29,162 nt of DNA from Catajapyx aquilonaris (taxonomy: Eukaryota): assembly GCA_000934665.2 (NCBI GenBank), contig JYFJ02001113.1:62001-91162 (forward strand), read 5' to 3'. The notes under the pieces are model-generated. The model had not been told where the DNA came from and did no database searches. It was given only the letters and a program-made list of their open reading frames with translations. Positions 22,960 through 29,162 of this stretch are shown one piece after another. The first letter of the stretch is position 1; every line of letters begins with the position of its first letter. A program made the translations under genes and the position numbers.

Positions 22960-25275
22960 AAAAGTACGAAATTCATCTAACACCCTCGTATATCTCCTAC
23001 AAAACAAGTTCAATCTTGCATCATCTTATATAATTTCTTAGCAAATGGATTTGTCTTCAAAATAAGTTACCTTTGAGCTTAGTGGCTAGAGAAGGCTTTA
23101 TTATATACTTGATAATTATTATAATGGGCTAAAGTTATGAAGTATCCTGGCAGGTACGGATCTCTCCCCGCCACCTTACCCTTTTCATTTAATTGTATGT
23201 ATTACCATTGCAATTTAAACTTAAGTTACGATCTCATTAGGTGTAGCAGGCAGTGGTTGATGGACGTATCCTATACACTGTATCCACGACACATTTGATT
23301 TAATTCTACTTATCTCAGTGAAGAAGCTGAGGAGACCAAATGACATTTCTGTAATATTATTTTATGCCATATCATCACGTTGGTCAAGTTTGGTACCCTG
23401 CAGAATTTTGGGAATATGTAGAAGTAATTTATGTATTTTTCTGCATATGAAAGGCTAAGTAAGTTGGCTGTAAAATGTACTAAAATCTTAGCTGTTCTCG
23501 TAAGAGCTGTGAAAGTCGAAGAGGAAAGCTGAAAGACAATATGTAGAATACTGAACAAAGACTCGATTCATGTATTGTAACTATGAACGCGTATAAATCA
23601 GGATTTTATTAATTTTTCATGCTACATTTCTGATGATAGAATGATGTCCTTTTTTAGGCCTGGGAAGTCGTCAGGAAGCAACAGTTGATTGGTGACCTGA
23701 AATAAATAGAAACATTTGATGTTTTTAGTGAGGAACTGGAACTATTATTCTACCCAACAGTTTAAAATGACACTTTTGAACACAATATTGAGATTTTTGA
23801 TGCCTTCCAGTCAAGGCTATTCTGGTAGTTCATATGACATTGTTGTTGTCCGAAATAGTCTGACGCCACATTTAATTTTTTTCATTAGTGTGCGAGTAGA
23901 TCATTTGCATGAATAAAAGATAAATTTACGATCATTATCTAATGGGAAAAACTCGAGCTATTAGTGTCAAGATGCATTATTGGATACCTTTTTATCATAG
24001 AGAGCAGTTAGTACATTTTTGTTGCATTATGCAAGGGTAATGATGCCATGTTTTAGTGGCACATAGTTTTGACAGTAACGCATCGTCATTTGCGAGTATT
24101 TTATGAGTAAAGTAACCCATTAGTATGGAACAGGATGCTGCGTAATAAGCGGTCAGACCACGAAAATTATGACGTTGAATCAACGGTACATTTTTCATTA
24201 GGATTTTGATAATTCACGTTGAGTGGCGTTCATATCGCGTAATTTGCTCAATGCAAGGATGCGGCTGCATCAAAAATACAAATTACTGCAAAAAATTACT
24301 TCTAGAAGAAAATTTGTTTCGTTAAATTTTTTGTGATTTAGAATGTCATGTGAGAATTTATATGCTATGAAAAAATGTTGGAACATTTGTCATCATTTAT
24401 TTTCAAATTATTTTTTCCCAAGTTGCACACTACAGGGTGCCGTTTTGTATGATCCAATTAACTGCACTGCGCTTGCATTTTAATGCTATTGCGTTGCAGT
24501 GCTTTTTTTTGAAAAAAACACCGATAAACTGCATTAACGGAATAGTTTAGTGACAGTTTTTATGAGAATGTTGCGGAGTAGAAAATTGGAAGTGCCTCGT
24601 GATGAATTGCACCTGTTCGGTGGACACCAGCAGCGGTTGTAAAATTTGGGTAAATATTTTTCCAGCGAGCAGTAGTTCGGAAGCTGGTAAATATTGTCCG
24701 TCATTGACTCTGTTAATTATTGCCCTAGCAATTTTGACCGCGTTTGTAATTTTTTTTAAATTCAGCAATTAGGCTACTGGTATCCATTTCTTCAAAATGC
24801 AGTACATCACCATGTGCAACAAAAACAATATTTAAATTATGTAGTTGTCACTGCTGGGGTCGAGGTTGTGGAGAGAGAGTCGTACCTTTCTATGCCGAAT
24901 TTGATTATTTAAATTATGACGTTAGGATAAAACTATTTATGTGATAACTTATTTTATCGTTATTTAAAAAAATGAGGCATAAGTGTTATTAGTATGCCAC
25001 TAAATCCTGCAATTTTCAGCATTTCGTTGGCCCAAAATCGACAATAGCAATACCTAAGTGAGTATATGAAGTCACGAAATTCAGAATGATCAGAGTCACA
25101 TATGAATCAAAGTTTAATTATAAATTGTTTAATAATTGTAAAAGTGAAGTTAAGGATGTTCGCGCCAATTTACTGAGAGCAAAATAATTTGTTTGGATAA
25201 AAATTATTCACACTTTACCCTCAAATAATGTCAGAATCAGGTGAATGTGACTCGGATCGTTCAGAATTTTTTTTG

Positions 25276-25295
25276 CCCCCCCCCCCCCTCCCCCC
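25276..25295. repeat. Poly-C tract
   Basis: C13-T-C6 run preceded by T8G. Confidence 0.8.
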
Positions 25296-28200
25296 GTGCA
25301 TAGTATATCATATACGTGCATTAATGGCGAATGAATATTATCTCTAATTCATGGGCTTTCATGAGATGACCGGGATGTCATGTGGGGTATGATTTTTAAA
25401 AAACCCATCCCTTAAATTGGAAGTTGCAAATATTATTTTATCAAGAAAAAAGTACGGTTTTTTAATCGTTAAGGTGTCGCGCCACACGGATGAGCGAAGT
25501 GTTTCAGCAAGGATTTTGTGCACTACACTGAACTTGCTCATATTGAGGCCTGTCAATCTAATGATCCTATACTTCTTCATTACTTTTTCATACTTTCCAT
25601 GCTTCTTCACACTGTCCATAACTTATGTGCTGTTATCCAGTATTTTTGTGATTTTCGTAATTCTGGTAGTTGCAGGGTACAAAAACTGGTGTATAAAGCG
25701 AATATCAAGAATGTACCTTTTCCGGCTCTCGATTTCGTTAAATAGCAATAAAATATGATGCAACAGCACCAACGTAAACGTGATGGCTTTAGCGCGGAAG
25801 TTGCCTAAGTTGTCTCAATATTGTTACATGCACATATGTAGGCCTATTTACCAGAAATACCGCTTTGCTACATTGCTATGCGCACATCATACATAATTTT
25901 AGAGGTTTTTTTCATTTTTTTCATTTTAAAAGTTAGTCGAGTAAATAAGTAATTAGGAAAGAAGTAAATTATAACATCACTAATTTGTAATGTGCCTCTG
26001 TTGATGCCTGGAACACGTCACTCTCTCCTGTCAATTTTTACAGTGTTACTTTTTAATGTGCCTATTGAAACTGCCAGAATCATAGTGTGGCAAACAACTA
26101 TAAAAATTTGAACATAAAATTGCTAAATGTTGATCTTTGGGAATTATCTGTAAGATGCCCACAATGAAAATGGCCACTTAAATAATGTACAGTAACTAGA
26201 TGACAAAGTGTCTCAGGTTTCCGCATGTATGGGGCCCACTCCATAAGATATTCAGCGTTTCTACACTTTTGTAATCATGATGAATTTCAAAGTAATGATG
26301 TAGAATTTTCTGTTAATACGCTAGAATAGTGTGAAGACTTTTCTTAACATTTTCAATAAAGAATGTTCATTATTAAGGAGAGCTAATGGAGAAGCTATAC
26401 TTTACAGTCACTCTAAATATGGAAACATTTGTGACGACAATGTCAGTGTTATTGCATACCCTATGTAGGTTTTGAGGCTAGAGCGATATTTATTGTTCTA
26501 AATGTCTTTCGCACCGTGTTTAATATTACAAGTGGAACAGATAAGTTGCAGGCATATTTGTTAGCTGACCCCTTGGCCTGGTTGCATTATTCCGAGTTCA
26601 CCTTGGACGTACCGTGATTTGTTAAAACCCAAGAGACCATACGTGAATAAGAGATGTTAATCCAATGAGGCTCTTTGCCGCAGATGTATACAGTATACCA
26701 TTTGACTATACGTGTTATTTTTGGCCACCGAACACAGCACATGTGCCGCATACACACTTGGCCGGTCATGCTGCCATGCTGCAGCAGAATTACTGACTTC
26801 CTTTATAACGTTTCATCAAATACGAGAGGAATTAGTATTTTGAAAGTATATTTTTAGGAGAGAATGAACTGTCAACGAATGGCTAAGCCACTCTTAGTCT
26901 AACGTGTTTGGAATGTAAACTTTTCATTGCAATGGAAAAACATGCGTACTTGCACAATTAATTTCTTTGATATCAAAGGTTTGCTTCAGTTTGGAAAAGT
27001 CGTTGCTTTCCTAATACCAATTTTATTGGCTTTATTTGACTCCACATTTTCTGGTGTGGATTTAGTCAATCCGAGCGTGACCTTCCCTCCCTTCTCATCC
27101 CAGCAAAGTTTCAAATGTTTTCACACACGTGTGGATGTAGTCCTATTTTGGCAGTGCCATTTTATGATTAGCCGTAATAAGCCGGGGTGTCCTCAAAAAC
27201 CACTTTGAAAAATGGAATTATCCGGAGCAATATTTAAGACGGTAAGTAATCTTGTGGCATGTGTTATTCACCATCTAGGAACTGGTAAGTTTTTTTAGAG
27301 CGTACCTTGTACTGATGTTAATATTGTATTATTGGATTTCACAAAGTCGTGTTTATGAATTCTTATACAGAGGTGTAGTAGCTATTTCTCGCAAACCAAA
27401 GGCACATACTGCTTTAGGTGCCACTTGATGAAATATTGCTAATAATATGATGACCGTCTCGATATCCGGATACGATCTGACGCATGTTAGAATTTCTAAA
27501 GACTTGGATGTATTGTTGTGAACATCCCAGGATAACCTGCTGTAATTCTGGCACTCAATCGACAGGGCGTGGTATTGCATGTACACTTCATTTGACCTGA
27601 GCGCACGTGGCGCTTTCATTTAGCACATGGCTGCTATTAGTTTATTGAAAGTAGTCTGCAGCTATTTTCCGGAAGCGCCATTTTTTTTTGTAATTCGACT
27701 TCCAAAAATGTCTCAAAGATTTATCCCGGAAATAATTATTTTGTGAATAATCCTCAGTAAGTGAAGCTATGCCTGCCTATGTTCCATAACATCAGAAAAG
27801 GGAGCTGACGGAAGTATAGGCCTGGTACTGAACCTGAATTGTGCATTGCTTATTTGGTAGGCTTGGGGCCAATACTTGGTTATAAAATGGCGTCTTCCAC
27901 TTTACGTCAATACACCGCATGCTCTGCCATGTGTTTGTCAATGCCACAGGTAGAAGGTCTATACTCTTAACGTGTACTAAATTCCAATATCTTCTCATCT
28001 GTAGTAGTAATATAGTTTACTGTAAAACACTAGTCTGTGCAACAACGCCGATGCTGCACAGGTAAGTCTTTTTCTGACATGCATGTAGCGCAATGAGTTA
28101 TTAGATATCATAAAATGTACGCATGTGGCCAATATGCCGTATTATGTATGGTATATACTTTGAAGAAGGTTACTATGGGTAACAATGCTTAGCAAGAGCC

Positions 28201-28540
28201 ATAAGAAAGGAAACATCAACAGTTCCTCCCACAATTCGTGCATTTTAAAAATGTCTCACAGCGTACAGGAGGAAGACAAATTCTGACAGGAAATAATGTC
28301 ACAACTGCTTTGAATACTGGTATTATATGAAATAACAAGCTAGCGATTTCATGCTATCCCCCGCAGATACGTACGGTATAGCCGTGGGGTGAGTTGGCTA
28401 ATTCTTCAACTGCAGAAGTTTTTATATGGGAGTGATTTGAAAAAAAGTATGATGAATGAATGAAGGCGGTCCTAAACAATTTTTACAGACAAAAAATTAT
28501 TTTGATCTAGGTTATAGGAGAATGTGAATCTCTCTAGAGT

Positions 28541-28679
28541 CTAGACTATAGTCTACATTATTGTTCAACCCACGCGTACTCGACTTGTAATTTTTTATGC
28601 CACGAGACATTGCTGCAAGTCAAAAGGGAGACAAGACGTGACAATATTTGAACCGTAGAGCATAGACTATATAGTCTAG
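28541..28679. repeat. 139-bp segment bounded by two near-identical palindromes (possible MITE relic)
   Basis: TAGACTATAGTCTA (28542-28555) and TAGACTATATAGTCTA (28663-28678). The outer ends CTAGACTATA / TATAGTCTAG form a perfect 10-bp inverted repeat. Confidence 0.5.
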
Positions 28680-29162
28680 TAAATTCGTCAGAAGAACCAG
28701 ACTTGAGGTGCACCGTAAATTGACACTTTCCACATTTAGTGAGGTCGTAACTAGTTCTTATCTGGAAGGTGTGCCAAAATGCATTGCCCAGCATACTTGG
28801 CAAGGTTTATGCATGCAGTCCTATAGACGAGCACTTACATAGATCCGATGTCTAATAATCCAACGTTTATCATGGGGCCTCACAGCTTTCTCTGCGAACG
28901 ATTTACGATATTCTTCATATTAATATTTACCAATTAAATACGATAAAAGCGGAGGTGTATTACACAAACCGACAATCTGAAGAAAGTCAGTATTAGGATT
29001 GGTTGTGAGAGTGGCTGCATGTTCAGTACAGCATGCCTAGCAGAACACAGAAATTTTAAAACTACTTAAGGTAGTTCTTGCGCTAAGTCCATTCATTGAC
29101 AATTTCGTGAAAATCACACCATCCATTCCTGGGCATGTCGCACATACTCCTGGGAAGTTTCA

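Noticed and set aside
24461..24500. miR-33-like or pre-miRNA hairpin
   Set aside because: Only 40 nt with a 4-nt loop and several mismatches; it does not match the mature miR-33 sequence.
25417..25758. GPCR-like hydrophobic ORF (FITFSYFPCFF)
   Set aside because: No NPxxY motif or upstream helices; the hydrophobicity is explained by T-rich composition.
817..28803. All ORF-track entries as protein-coding genes
   Set aside because: They are short (60-159 aa), overlap on both strands, often use GTG/TTG starts, have no recognisable intact domains and cluster in GC-rich noisy blocks; this is the pattern expected of chance ORFs.

Overview
This is eukaryotic, most likely animal (invertebrate-like), non-coding genomic DNA; I cannot assign the species. 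None of the ORFs in the track (all 159 aa or shorter) is a recognisable gene, and there is no operon structure, rRNA, intact tRNA or CRISPR array. An AT-rich background alternates, up to about 21.5 kb, with GC-richer blocks full of inflated homopolymer runs. These blocks contain or adjoin both N bases and look like low-quality read sequence, so anything inside them is provisional. The best-supported object is an intact 311-bp non-autonomous Helitron (8871-9181, minus strand). It has canonical A^TC...hairpin-CTAG^T ends, a (GACA)n microsatellite, an internal duplication and a long hairpin, and it is inserted in a degenerate ~21-bp minisatellite. Weaker calls are an adjacent decayed LINE reverse-transcriptase fragment, a tRNA-derived Pol III (SINE-like) head, several isolated hairpins and palindromes, and a consensus candidate recursive splice site (18832|18833). 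Scattered plus-strand micro-exon candidates suggest the window may lie inside a long plus-strand transcription unit. I found no convincing new biological system; the findings are hypotheses to test.
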